Below, piece after piece: positions 40,154-51,340 of a stretch of DNA of 64,000 bases. The notes under the pieces are model-generated. The model was not told the DNA's origin. It made no database searches and worked only from the letters and a program-made list of their open reading frames with translations. The position numbers and the translations under genes were made by a program. Source of the stretch: Octopus bimaculoides. Lineage: Eukaryota. The stretch is taken from positions 122,726,007 through 122,790,006 of the forward strand of contig NC_068982.1 in the NCBI RefSeq assembly GCF_001194135.2. Reading direction: 5' to 3'. Each line of letters begins with the position of its first letter. Position 1 is the stretch's first letter.

Positions 40154-40383
40154 GTAATATTCTTCTCTTTCTATCAAACGTTTTCAATACCATCATGCTA
40201 CCCAGAGAATTATATCCCAAATTAATTTATTATTGAAATTAAAAGTTAATCCTGTACTGAAATTTATGTCAAGGGCCAGTAAAATGAATACCAGTCAAGT
40301 ACTGAGCTAGCTATTATCATCTGTACCTCTCCCCCAAATCTTAGGCTTTTTGTCAATGTTAGAAATTATTATTATTATCATCA

Positions 40384-40429
<46 letters not shown>

Positions 40430-40430
<1 letters not shown>

Positions 40431-40640
40431 GAGTGAGTGAGCTGACAGAACCATTAACACACCAGACATGCCTAATGGCATTTCATCCGTCTCTACATTT
40501 TGAGTTGAAATTCTGCCCAAGTTGACTTTGCCATTCATCCTTTCAGAATTGATGAAATAAGTACAAGGCTCAATGTAATCAACTAACTCCCTCCCATGAA
40601 AAATTTCAGGCTTTGTACCTGTAGCAGAAAAGATTGTTGT
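40430..40640 (+). mobile_element. Family C SINE (plus a tail fragment at about 40265-40365)
   Basis: GAGCTGACAGAACCATTAAC head, GTTGACTTTGCCATTCATCCTTTCAG core; preceded by (ATT)n. Confidence 0.8.
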
Positions 40641-40656
40641 CATTATTATTATTATT

Positions 40657-41190
40657 TGATGAAAACTCTCAGCTTATTTTGCTGTGTATGATGGAAAGTG
40701 TCAGCTGTCCACAGCCAGCAACTAAGGTGACACATGCTTCAAGAACCCTGTGAAGAATTCTTGCAGTTCCAAGCAATACTGATTGTTGTAGGTGTTCCAT
40801 CTTTACCAATCTTTTTGAGCCACTTTGGTAGTTGAATGCTGATACTTCCAAGAGTACCAGTTACTATTGGTAGCATGTCTACCTCCTCATTGACAACAAC
40901 CTTCGTATTTCCCACTTCAAAACATCATAGTTGTTCAGTTTTCCTCCTTTTTTTTCTTTCATCCTGTTGTCACTGGGACATGCCATGTTGATCATCAGGC
41001 AGGTTCTTTCTTTTTTATTCACCACAACAATGTCCGGTTTCCAATGTCTGGTCAACTGATCACACTGAATCATTGCATCCCACAGCATTTTGCAATCTTC
41101 ATTCTCAGTGACTCCTCCTTGGGTTTGCTCATATCATGTCTTTGCTCTTTGTAGGCTGTGATTTCCACAGAGCTTCCAATGGATCATATC
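40657..41190 (-). mobile_element. Dong/R4-clade LINE 3-prime fragment
   Basis: ORFs 40879-41088 (LWDAMIQCD...KPDIVVVNKKERTCLMINMACPSD) and 40669-40851 (HLQQSVLLGTARILHRVLEA); ends in (AAT)n. Confidence 0.88.
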
Positions 41191-41199
41191 ATTATTATT

Positions 41200-41390
41200 T
41201 GAGGTTGATAAAAGTAAGGTACCAATTAAGTAATGTAATCAACTAGTCCACTCCTGCAAAATTTCAGGTCTTTGGCCTATACTAGAAAGAAAGAATTATT
41301 ATTAAGGCAGGAAGCTGGCAGAATATAATGATAGTTTTGTTCAATTGTCAGGACATTCTGAGTTAAACTGCCTGGAGTTGATCCAAGCAG
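41200..41390 (+). mobile_element. Family C SINE tail and head fragments
   Basis: GGTTGATAAAAGTAAGGTACC...AAATTTCAGGTC...TAGAAAG, then AAGGCAGGAAGCTGGCAGAA...CTGAGTTAAAC. Confidence 0.6.
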
Positions 41391-41670
41391 CTCGGTAGTA
41401 TGAATGGCAGGGAAATAGATCAGCAATACTGGAATCCCTAAGCTGTGGCAGTCATTAGATGATTGGGGTTGTGAAGAGTTACTGAATGCAGTGGGGAAGT
41501 AGGTGAAGGCTGAGTGAGATGTGAGGGAGTGTTACAATAAGGAGATGGGACCTACATTAAGAAACTCCACTGACTTCAGTTGTTAGTTGGCTTATGTTAA
41601 ATAGACTTTTGAATCACTCTGTAATTTGCTTTATTTTTTTCCATATCTTAACTGTTTTGTTACCATTCAG

Positions 41671-41771
41671 TGGCTGATACAGCTCGGAATGTGATCTGGA
41701 AATGTCTTGTTGATGACCCTGCCTTATTTCTCAGACATTTTTTGGAAAAACTTACCAACAAAGATCGGCAG
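41671..41771 (+). CDS. unc80: unc80 exon (VADTARNVIWKCLVDDPALFLRHFLEKLTNKDRQ)
   Basis: TTCAG| ... CAG|GTAAAT. Matches the UNC80 motif LWNCLIEDP..VLRHFLEKLT..RQ. Confidence 0.96.
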
Positions 41772-41965
41772 GTAAATAATAAGCTTTTGATGTTCATAAA
41801 AAAATTTTGTTATAATTTCCGTTTTTTTTCTCTTTCTGAATTTGGATTAATTTATTCTCAAGCCATATTGACTCATAAGAATATTAATTATTTTTTGTTT
41901 ACCAAGTTTTGATTGAACTTTGTATCATAGGCTATTGTGATGTTTTTCTACCAGATAAACCTGTA

Positions 41966-42186
41966 CCCCTAGCATTTACACCAGTCATATATAACCTAAA
42001 TATACATCTGTTTTATGTTCAAACCAGCCAACCAGCTCTAGCTTCTCATGTCTGCCCTACCATATTATCCTAAAAATAAACAATCAAATCACCAAAATTT
42101 CAAAGCTATGAGATAAAGCATGATTAATTCAAAACAATACGAATAATAAGAATTACATTTGAAAGAATAATCTGAATGCTAAAGGA
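41966..42186. mobile_element. piggyBac-like MITE, family 2
   Basis: CCCCTAGCATTTA ... TGAATGCTAAAGGA|TTAA; homologous to 9881-10100. Confidence 0.65.
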
Positions 42187-42369
42187 TTAATGTATGAAGG
42201 CAAAACTAGTTAGTAAGGAAGTTTCTTCAGCCAGAAAGTTCGATGCTTTATAATTACATTACCATAAACCTCATCCAGGAGATCATTCAGCTGTGATTTG
42301 ACAAAGATTCACTCACCAATATGCTACAACTAGTGGGTTCTTTATGCCACTGCTACAGCCACTAAAATG

Positions 42370-42558
42370 GTTACTAGGTAGTGAGTTAATAGAGTTGTTT
42401 GACTATCAGATAGAATGTATTTGTTTCAGCTCTGAGTGTGCTGAGTTCAAATCATACCTAGGTCAGTTTTGCCTTCCATCTTCCATTTCATGGTTGATAA
42501 ATAAAGCACTAGTCCAGTCCTGTACTGGGGTCAATTATTTGTCAGTTATTGCCTTCTT

Positions 42559-42560
<2 letters not shown>
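42370..42560 (+). mobile_element. Degenerate family C SINE
   Basis: GAGTTCAAATC B box, GTTTTGCCTTCCATC.TTCC...GGTTGATAAATAAAG core, CTGGGGTCAAT. Confidence 0.6.
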
Positions 42561-42598
<38 letters not shown>

Positions 42599-42608
42599 NN
42601 NNNNNNNN

Positions 42609-42656
<48 letters not shown>

Positions 42657-42699
42657 ATTGTAACTTCATCAGATGAATGGGATTAGGAAAAGGCTTAGA

Positions 42700-43620
42700 G
42701 GAGTCAGCAACATTTGTAACTCCAGCTAAGTCTCTGTCCTGGTTTGGGAAGTAGTCAATTTGATATCAACAATGTTCCTCTTTGTTTCAGGATCATACCT
42801 GTGTACTGGATTTTTGTATAAAATGACATGTCATGTATTGTGATTTTGGTCATACATTGCCTCTGATACCATAGCTACCATGCTGTTGCTGCAGAGGCAA
42901 TATGTGATTGATCCTTACTCTTCTCATTTTTTTTTTACTCTCAATTCCTTTATAAGATTTGCCCCTGCTTGTAATCTCTTCCCATTTCCTATCCACTTGA
43001 AGGCTTTTGTTTGAACCAAACTCCAACGACCTTAACAAAATCTTTGGTTCAGAAATCCAAAATGAAGACCAGCATAAATTTGTCCCCAACTGTAAACTCA
43101 CCAACTCATCCTGGCTGCTATTAGTGACAACCATCTCAGTTTCTATGGTGATCAACATCATGATAGTGATTTTGTTGGCATATGCTGACACAACTTTTCT
43201 ACATGTTATTCCAAACAGAGAGTCTCTCAATAGTTTCAACTTTAGGGGTGATAAGAGTGGATATCCTTGACAGACCAAGTATGTGATTCAAAATGATTTC
43301 AATAAGTAATCATTTAGTCGGACCACTGAGCAGATACCACTTTAGAATGAAGCCACCCACACTCTGAATATGGGACCAAGACCAGCTGATCTGAGAACTA
43401 CCACCAAAAACTGATTCAAATAGACTAGATCACCACCAAAGCTACATTTATTATCCATCTTTTCTATGTTGTATCACTTGAGATGGAGATGAGAGAGGAT
43501 GTTGTATCACTTGAGCCCTGTTACACACCACATAAGTCTACACAATCCCAACTATGCAACCAGTGACAAGCACCAACCTCTTCTAGAACACTTTCATGAG
43601 AATCATAAACTCTAGCATTA
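42700..43620 (-). mobile_element. L1/Tx1-clade LINE reverse-transcriptase remnant
   Basis: ORF 42850-43278: VCQGYPLLSPL (VRQGCPLSPL equivalent) and VSAYANKITI (AYADDIT equivalent); boundaries approximate. Confidence 0.7.
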
Positions 43621-44004
43621 TGGGTCAGAAATTGTCAATTATAATACTAAAAATAAATAATAAACATATTATACTCGAATGGCTAAAATAGTATTGACTG
43701 GGACCAAATACTTTGCAATATTTTGTTACAGCCCAATGGCCTTTTGCCAAAATTTGAAACCAATATTTAGTTACACCTCTAAACATTGTAAAATCTAATT
43801 CTACTGTGGTTGAATTTGCTTGTCATCTCTTACACATGTGCAGGGAATGGGCATATTAAATTGCAAAACATCAAGATTGCAAAAATCAATTAAATACTAG
43901 TCTTGCTACATTGCATATATTATTTGGTTACAGCCATCCACATTCTGAATTTTCAAATCTGTTAGTTACAACTTAGCATTTCAATCCTCAGGGTTTCATA
44001 AAAT

Positions 44005-44270
44005 CACCATCATCATTTAACATCCAGTCTCCATACTGGCATGAGTTGGATGGTTTGACATGGAGCTGGCTATCAGTGAGTTGTCTGGACTCCAACTGTC
44101 TGTTGTGACAGTCTCTATGACTGAATGCCCTTCCTAACACCAACCACATAACAATGTGCTGGGTGCTTTTTACATGTCACCTTTACGGGTGCATTTATGC
44201 AGCACCAGCATGGGTGCATTTACACATCACCAGCATGGATGCTTTTCAAGTGGCACCAAGGGCCTATTCA
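44005..44270 (-). mobile_element. RTE-type 3-prime UTR/tail fragment
   Basis: CATCATCATTTAACATCC...CCATACTGGCATGAGTTGGATGGTTTGAC...GAATGCCCTTCCTAACACCAACCAC...GGGTGCTTTTACATG. Confidence 0.7.
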
Positions 44271-44394
44271 AGCAATTATATCTCCTTCCTATACATGTCA
44301 TAAATTAACATTTTGCTTTAGTCATGAAGAAATTACTTTTCACATTTTGAATTAGAATTTGATAATTACATGGTTTTTCTTTTTCATTTTTCAG

Positions 44395-44481
44395 GAGGAA
44401 CTAATATTCTTACTAAGAAAACTGCTTCTTTATTTTCGTGACTTACCAGCACAGATGGCACACTCGTTATTCAATTATTTG
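44395..44481 (+). CDS. unc80: unc80 exon (EELIFLLRKLLLYFRDLPAQMAHSLFNYL)
   Basis: TTTTTCAG| ... TTG|GTATGA, 87 nt. Matches DELMYMLRKLL..DFPAQTSHILFNYL. Confidence 0.95.
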
Positions 44482-44589
44482 GTATGATCTGGAATGTTAA
44501 TGTTTGAAGATTTTCCTTTTGAAAAGAGTTTACTTGAATTTTCATACGTGAAGAAAAATATCTTGTGTTGTATTTACTTGTTTGTTGAG

Positions 44590-45170
44590 TTGTTATTGTG
44601 AGAGTTGTTTTGAGAGAGAGATGGTGACGTTGTGCCAGGGCACTCTCAAGGTACAGGGATGAGAATATAAATGGGATGGTTGAGTGTTACTAAGGGTGCA
44701 TGAATAGGGAATAGGGAGTTCAGATGAAGGCAAAGAGGTAGGGGATGCAGTGACTGGTGAAACCTGGGTATATGGAAATGAGGACAACAGTGGGCAGGGC
44801 AAGGACAGGATTGAGCTGCAGGAATGGAGGAAGGAGAAATAAACATAGTGCATGGAAAAGAGGAAAATGTGAAGAAGAGAAGAGGAGATGTAGTTTGATC
44901 TATTGGTGTACTGTGTGTCAAAAATTTTATTGTTATATGTGGGTGGAATACACAGCAATTTCAGAACTCAGTTTCGCTGAAGTGGGCGGGTTTACTCAAG
45001 AACATCATATTGCCAGACATCTTGATCCATTGTCATCGCCACTGTGAAGCCCAACATCCTGTGATCGGTCCTCACTACCTCATCCCATGTCTTCTTGAGT
45101 TTCTCCCTTCCACAAGTGCCATCCACTTTAAGTGATCAGAACTTCCTTATATAGTTATATTCATTCATAC
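44590..45170 (-). mobile_element. RTE-clade LINE 3-prime end
   Basis: Minus strand LKVDGTCGREKLKKTWDEVVRTDHRMLGFTVAMTMDQDVWQYDVLE* (GRP.KTW-type RTE C-terminus), followed by a pyrimidine-rich 3-prime UTR. Confidence 0.75.
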
Positions 45171-45494
45171 ACATCACATGTCCAAACTAACATAATCTTC
45201 TGTTTTGCATACTGCATCTGATTCCTTTTACACCAACTTTTCTCTCATGTATATGGTTATATATGTATGTGTATACATGTGTATATATGTTTGTATATAT
45301 GTATATATGTTTATATATATTTATATTTAATGACAATATCTGAGAATGTCTCAAGATGTCTTCTGTATTCAAATGAAATATTTTAAATTTGTTAATTTAA
45401 AAAGAAAAATCTGTCATCCATAAAATTTTTCAAAATATTTTTTATAATCTTTTTCTTCAATTACAAATGCTCATTTTTTTTCATTTCTTTGTAG

Positions 45495-45578
45495 ATTGGT
45501 TATGTTATATTCTATGTGCGAACACCATCTGAAGGTGGGAAGGAATGTATTGCTGGTGCTCTTTCTCTTCTATGGCAG
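45495..45578 (+). CDS. unc80: unc80 exon (IGYVIFYVRTPSEGGKECIAGALSLLWQ)
   Basis: TTTGTAG| ... CAG|GTTTGT, 84 nt. Matches VGLIMYFVRTP...LW. Confidence 0.94.
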
Positions 45579-45968
45579 GTTTGTATATCATTTTAGACAG
45601 CTTAATTCTTGCAGTATATTTTAAGAGTTTTCATATTTCAAATTTTCTCAAAGTCATAACCATGGGGTGTGATTGAGCATGCCATTCATTCTGGAGTGTA
45701 TGGCCTATTGACCCCCCCCCCNNNNNNNNNNNNNNNNNNNNNNNNNNNNNNNNNNNNNNNNNNNNNNNNNNNNNNNNNNNNNNNNNNNNNNNNNNNNNNN
45801 NNNNNNNNNNNNNNNNNNNNNNNNNNNNNNNNNNNNNNNNNNNNNNNNNNNNNNNNNNNNNNNNNNNNNNNNNNNNNNNNNNNNNNNNNNNNNNNNNNNN
45901 NNNNNNAAATTTGTTTAGTGGATTCTAAAAACTAATTTCACTTTATGGTGCTTCTATTTTCTGCTTAG

Positions 45969-46037
45969 ATTATACCAAGTGTCGAAGAGATATATTTCAA
46001 AGATTTAAAGCAGACATTACGTAAAGAACAGTGTGAT
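45969..46037 (+). CDS. unc80: unc80 exon (IIPSVEEIYFKDLKQTLRKEQCD)
   Basis: CTGCTTAG| ... GAT|GTAAGT, 69 nt. Contains the FKDLKQT..KEQC motif. Confidence 0.95.
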
Positions 46038-46761
46038 GTAAGTTGTTATTTTTGAGATGTTACATTCATTCACACACACACATACACAATATATATATAT
46101 TGTGTGTGTATATATATATGTATATAAATTACTTACATGTCTTCCATAATCTTCTAAAATTTTGATTGCATTCCTATATTGTTACAATGAAAATTTGTAT
46201 TTAACAAAGATTTTCTTTCACCTGATGATGTAGCTCAAATTCTGCATTATTTTGAACAAAATTTTTTGCATTTTGTATTAATGCAGACATGTAAGTAATT
46301 TGTTTATTATTAAATATGATAATATAAATTATTTGCCTGTTTTTGAATTACGAAACAATTTGTCGTGGTATTAGGATTTTTCTTATTGTTAAATAAAAGT
46401 TCATCAAAGTATTTCTCTGTCATTTACGACTTTATACACTCCCTACCCTTTTCTTTTGTATATTACTTATATATTCTATCAGATTTGTACAATGATACGT
46501 TAAGGAGCTTTTATGAGTACTACCGGATTACTTGAATCCATATATTGTGACTTATGCACCCACAAAACATATATAAACATAATGTTTCTGGTTACAAACC
46601 CACCCAGCCCCACACAGAGAATATATATATATATAAAATTAATTTACGAAGGTGTCATTAATTCTATTATTATCCAATGTAACTATTTTAAGAATGATAA
46701 TAACAGAATCAATGACACAAGCGACAGCAGGCCAAAAAATAGCATTAAATAGCTGAGGGAT

Positions 46762-46808
46762 TAAAATTAATCAAAGGACATACTAAGTATGTCCTTTGAT
46801 TAATTTTA
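46762..46808. repeat. Perfect 47-bp palindrome (23-bp arms, 1-nt spacer)
   Basis: TAAAATTAATCAAAGGACATACT-A-AGTATGTCCTTTGATTAATTTTA. Confidence 0.95.
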
Positions 46809-46879
46809 TATGTGTGTGTGTGTTTCCTGCTCTTTTCCACCATCATCCCTACTTACCTTCAATAAACAGAGTTAATTTT

Positions 46880-47590
46880 TGCACTTGGGTTGCTGTCCAT
46901 CTAACTGGACAATGTTACCAGACCAGTTCAGCACCTTGGACTTGTTTGTCAACAGGTGCAACACCACAGTGAACCAGTTTTACTTCCACAAGTGTTCTCA
47001 ACACCCCAGCATCACTCTGGCCAAAGTCTCAGTCCAATACATTCTCTGATGCAGGGATGACTTTGTCATAAAATTGACTGACAAGGTCAGAGTTGTGATA
47101 GTTTATAATAACCTCTCCAAGATGCTGGCACTCTGACAACACCACCTCTTTATTACTCCTATGCTTCTGTCTGACACCCACCTACTAATAGCATGTGCCC
47201 TTCTTCATCCTCAATCTTGTTTCTTCCTGACTTCCTCCACCATTACCAACTCATTTTCCAAACTCCCCACCCCTCTACCATTTATTTCCTCTCCTAATTT
47301 CATAAGCCTGTCAGTTCTAGCCACCCCATTGTGTCTTCTTGTAAATACCTAATCGAACTGATATCCAAGTATCTCAGCCTCATCCTTTCACTCTTAGTTA
47401 CTCCCTTCCCATGTCCCATGATGCCTACTGTACCCATCAATTCCCTCTGGCCCTTCCCATTTCCTCTTTACATGGATATTAAATTACTCAACACTGTCTC
47501 TCCTTACAACTATCAGAGGTCTACTGGACCTCTAATACTTCCTCAACCATTGTGCCATCCTCTTACTCAGTACACTTCTCCATCTAACTG
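46880..47590 (+). mobile_element. Penelope-like element (PLE) RT remnant
   Basis: Degenerate motifs FVIKLTDK (IK.ADKG), IYFLS.FHKP...PIVSSC..IELISKYL (YFLPKIHK..GRPIVS) and YMDIKLLNTV (TMDI.SLYT). Confidence 0.75.
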
Positions 47591-47834
47591 AGTTAGTGTT
47601 CACCCTTAATTGCTTCTCTTTCATGGGTGACATCAATTAATAGGTATCTGGGTTGCTATAAGAATGAGAATGGATCCCAACTATATATGGGCAGAGTGCT
47701 TGACACTCTTTTGAATCAAGAAATTTCTGCATTAATCAACAATTTGTTTAGACAGTTATATTTTACAATGATTATTTATTTATTACTTTTCAAATTATAT
47801 TCATTTCTGATTCATAATTTACATTTATTTTTAG

Positions 47835-47933
47835 CCTTTCCTTTTAGTTTCATCTAACGTTCCAAGTGCTAAAAAGATAATTGTGCATGGCCCAGATTTA
47901 GCAAGCATACCCTCTCAGTTTCCTATACAAGAG
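47835..47933 (+). CDS. unc80: unc80 exon (PFLLVSSNVPSAKKIIVHGPDLASIPSQFPIQE)
   Basis: TTTTTAG| ... GAG|GTAATA, 99 nt. Matches LLVTASMPGTK.LVVHG...IPTQLPVHE. Confidence 0.93.
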
Positions 47934-49020
47934 GTAATAATGCTTTCCTTTTCTTCTTAAACATTTAAAGTTAAACTTTGTATTTATTGACAAAATTTGA
48001 ATGTAATTTTCACAGCTGTAATTTATATCTGTACTCACTGGTTGCAAATTTGAATAGCATAAATTATGGTATCTTAAACTGATAGTTGTTCTCAAAAGTA
48101 GTCAATTTTAATGGAAGTATAATTTCTTTAAATGGCTAAAACAGAAATTAATTGCAAACTTTAAGTATTATTGGTATTCTTCTCTGTCTGATTGAAAATT
48201 GGACTTTAGTTAGAGCACAACACATCACAGTTCTTGGAATCCCTCTAAAAGAAAAAAAAAAGAAAAAAAAGAAAAAGGCCCACTTTCAAATTATAAGGAA
48301 ACCAAAGATATTGGTTGCTTCTATGAAAGAGGATTTCAATCCCAAGTAAAAAAGACCTAAGATGTAGAAAAAGAAAAAAAACTTTATTATCTTAAAAACT
48401 CAGCTGCCAACTCTGTTGAACAGTGTGCTGATCACTAACCTTGCGATCGTAATTAACCAAAGCAAAGAGATTAATTTATTGTGTAACTTTTGCCATGTTA
48501 CATAAAACAGTTGTAGCATAATGTAGTATTTTATATATTTGTTTTATCACTGCCTTTTTGACTGTTTTTCGGTCCCAGGTCAATCCTGACTGAGTATACC
48601 TGCAATTAGGTGTTCCAGCAGTAGCTGTGAATATCTAGCATTAGATTGTTTAATGTGGCCTCTCTTTTTTATAGACAGTAGAGTGTGGAGGTACTTGAAG
48701 GTACTTAGCAGCTATTTTTAGCACTTAAAATTCCCTAGAATCACATACTAATAAAATGTGTACAATGTGCTTTGAGGGAATTTACTTGCTGTTTTTAGGA
48801 GTTCCAGAGATCTACAGAGACTCTTTCATTTGCTGATTATCATACCTTATGATATATCTGCTGCCCAAGTGGCATTCAGTTAGATTCAGTCAGAGGAAAA
48901 AATATAGCTCCTAGAATATATTTTTTGGTGTTTTATGAAATGAGTTTTTGAAATAAAAATCTAAGAATGTCATTCTTATCTTTCCATATCCTTCAATATC
49001 TACCATTTTTTTAATTCCAG

Positions 49021-49117
49021 GACACAAAATTTTCTCAGATTCTCACTGATTCTCTGGATTTCTTCAATATCCCTGAAGACCAGCATAACTCTTACTTCAT
49101 TGTGGACACAAAATCAA
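49021..49117 (+). CDS. unc80: unc80 exon (DTKFSQILTDSLDFFNIPEDQHNSYFIVDTKS)
   Basis: TTCCAG| ... A|GTAAGA, 97 nt, phase 0/1. Contains the DTQF...LEFFNIP...YFL.D motif. Confidence 0.95.
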
Positions 49118-49174
49118 GTAAGACCCCCAAACATAAAAATTTTCACTTCTATTTATAATATTCTTTTCTACTCT

Positions 49175-49320
49175 AGGCACAAGGCCCAAACTTTTGCGGG
49201 GAGGCGGGGCTAGTTCATTAGATTGACTCCAGTACACAACTGGTACTTAATTTATCGACCCTGAAAGGATGAAAGGCAAAGTTGACCTCGGCAGAATTTG
49301 AACGCAGAACATAGAGCCAG
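49175..49320 (-). mobile_element. Family C SINE, antisense, 58 nt downstream of exon 49021-49117
   Basis: CTCTAGGCACAAGGCCC...CTGGTACTTAATTTATCGACCCTGAAAGGATGAAAGGCAAAGTTGACCTCGGCAGAATTTGAAC. Confidence 0.85.
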
Positions 49321-49629
49321 CTCACCGTCTTATTTCTATTTATAATATTGGACCAACTTAAGATGAGTTAAGAAACCCTGATTCTTCTTAACCATACTAA
49401 ATTGTCTTCATTAACTTCCAATAAGCACTATTCAACATAAAAATAAAATGTTAAAAATGTTTAAAACACTTCTGATGAAGCTATATATAAGTTTGTAGAA
49501 CTTCAAAATAAATGTTATTCTTTTTACTGTTTTTGTTTTTGCATTCACTGAATATTTGATATTTATTTATCAAATATATTTACTTGCATTTTTTTTTTCT
49601 AATTTGACAAATCCCAACTTTACTTTCAG

Positions 49630-49751
49630 ATCATATGCACAACTTGAATTCATATGTACGTGACTTTTATTTTTTCCATCGAAATATCTACCCACAACTG
49701 AGCTTAGTTCATATGAACCCAGACGCTGCCTTTCAATCACTACAAAAGCAG
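49630..49751 (+). CDS. unc80: unc80 exon (NHMHNLNSYVRDFYFFHRNIYPQLSLVHMNPDAAFQSLQKQ)
   Basis: TTTCAG| ... CAG|GTACAT, 122 nt, phase 1/0. Contains the YVRD.Y.F.R...PQL.LVHM.P motif. Confidence 0.95.
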
Positions 49752-50205
49752 GTACATATTTAGTTCTTTAATTTGTTTTAGCTACCATGGCTAAGGCCAT
49801 GCTGAAGCACCAACTTCAAAATAGAATATTTTGCCTCAATGTCGTCTCTATGTATATCAAGAGGCCCAGTGTTTGTATCGAATTTTCAGTGTATGCGTAT
49901 CTTTAATTGGTGAATCAATAAATTTATGAATGCTGATCTAATTTGGTTGTTAGCATTTTGTTAGTGGCTGAGTCGTATATCTGGATGTTTTTTTAAAGCC
50001 TTAGGGGGAAAACCTTGATCATATTTCATACTTCTATAGGGAAACAGTTGTACCACTGATAATCTTTGAGTAATAAGACTGTTGCAATATAGATTCCTGT
50101 TGCAAGAGTTTGTAGAAAGTACAATACATTCTATTCTGCTTCTTCCTCTCTCTCTCACTCACTCTCTATCTCTCTCTCTCACTCTCTCTCTCTCTCTCTC
50201 TCTCA

Positions 50206-50244
<39 letters not shown>

Positions 50245-50702
50245 GTATTTACACATACATACATATAGACATACATACACTCATACATGTATGCATGCAT
50301 ACAACAACAAACGTTGGAGAATGGAGTTAGAAAATCATTTTTAAAACTTTATTTACAATTGTAAACATAATATTCTTTACATTTACAAAGTTTTGAGTAA
50401 AAGAAATCCTACATAGCTCATGGAAATTAGTCAATAGTTGCCATCATTGGTTACATTGGATAGTGATGAAACAGTTGTAAATGATGTATTAAAATGATTT
50501 GCTAACTCCATTCTTTGATAGTTGTTATTATACATACTCCATGGATATTTTGCAGATTTCTGGGTAATTGGAGTGGTGACATTTAAAATCTTCCCTCTTT
50601 TCAGTTTTCAGGCATCTGATGTCTATAGAAGTGTGTCATATGATAAAGACCAGGGTTATATAATCCCAATTCACTTGCTATGTATAATGCATGTATACAT
50701 AC

Positions 50703-50764
<62 letters not shown>

Positions 50765-50832
50765 TGTTAGAAAATCTCTGTTCAAAATAGAAGCAGTATA
50801 CAATCAAAAAGTAGTGTTTATTGCCACTTTAA

Positions 50833-51051
50833 CCCTTTCGTTACCAACCCGGCTGAAACCGCCTCTGGCTCTGTAGTTCAAATGTCTTGTTTTTATAAGT
50901 TTTGAATTAAGATTTTCCACCAAACCTTAGTCACAATTTATGTTTCTAACACCAGCTTAATGATAACTAAGATATTTTACTAAATTCTTTCTAATATTTA
51001 AAGTAACTGAAAAAAACAGAGCATTTCAAAATAAATAGAGTAACGAAAGGG
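50833..51051. mobile_element. piggyBac-like MITE, family 1, intact ends (219 bp)
   Basis: TTAA|CCCTTTCGTTAC ... GTAACGAAAGGG|TTAA: perfect 12-bp TIR and TTAA TSD. Confidence 0.92.
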
Positions 51052-51262
51052 TTAAATGTATGCTCCCTAAGAACTGATAATACTGCTATTTTAACCCCCA
51101 GGAAGACATCTCCTCCAGCTGGTTATTTAGTGTGCATTCACACTCAGTATTAATAATACATATATATCACTCCAGATCTTTATCTTTTTCCTAATAATTT
51201 CTGCTAATAATGAAAGTATATTGTCCTAACTTGAATTTATTTAAATTCTATTTTCTTTGTAG

Positions 51263-51340
51263 GCTTTTGTCTTAAAGTTTGTAGAATTTGGCAAAGTATT
51301 GTTTAGTAATGCTGTTTTACAAAGTACCCAGTCACACCAG
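51263..51340 (+). CDS. unc80: unc80 exon (AFVLKFVEFGKVLFSNAVLQSTQSHQ)
   Basis: TTTGTAG| ... CAG|GTAAAT, 78 nt. Matches F..K..E.G.VLF. Confidence 0.92.

Noticed and set aside
45722-45906. Possibility of a hidden unc80 exon in this gap, or in gap 58777-59133
   Set aside because: The protein is continuous across the flanking exons (LWQ|IIPS and ILQ|MFGS), so no constitutive exon is missing; gaps upstream of 40019 could still hide cassettes.
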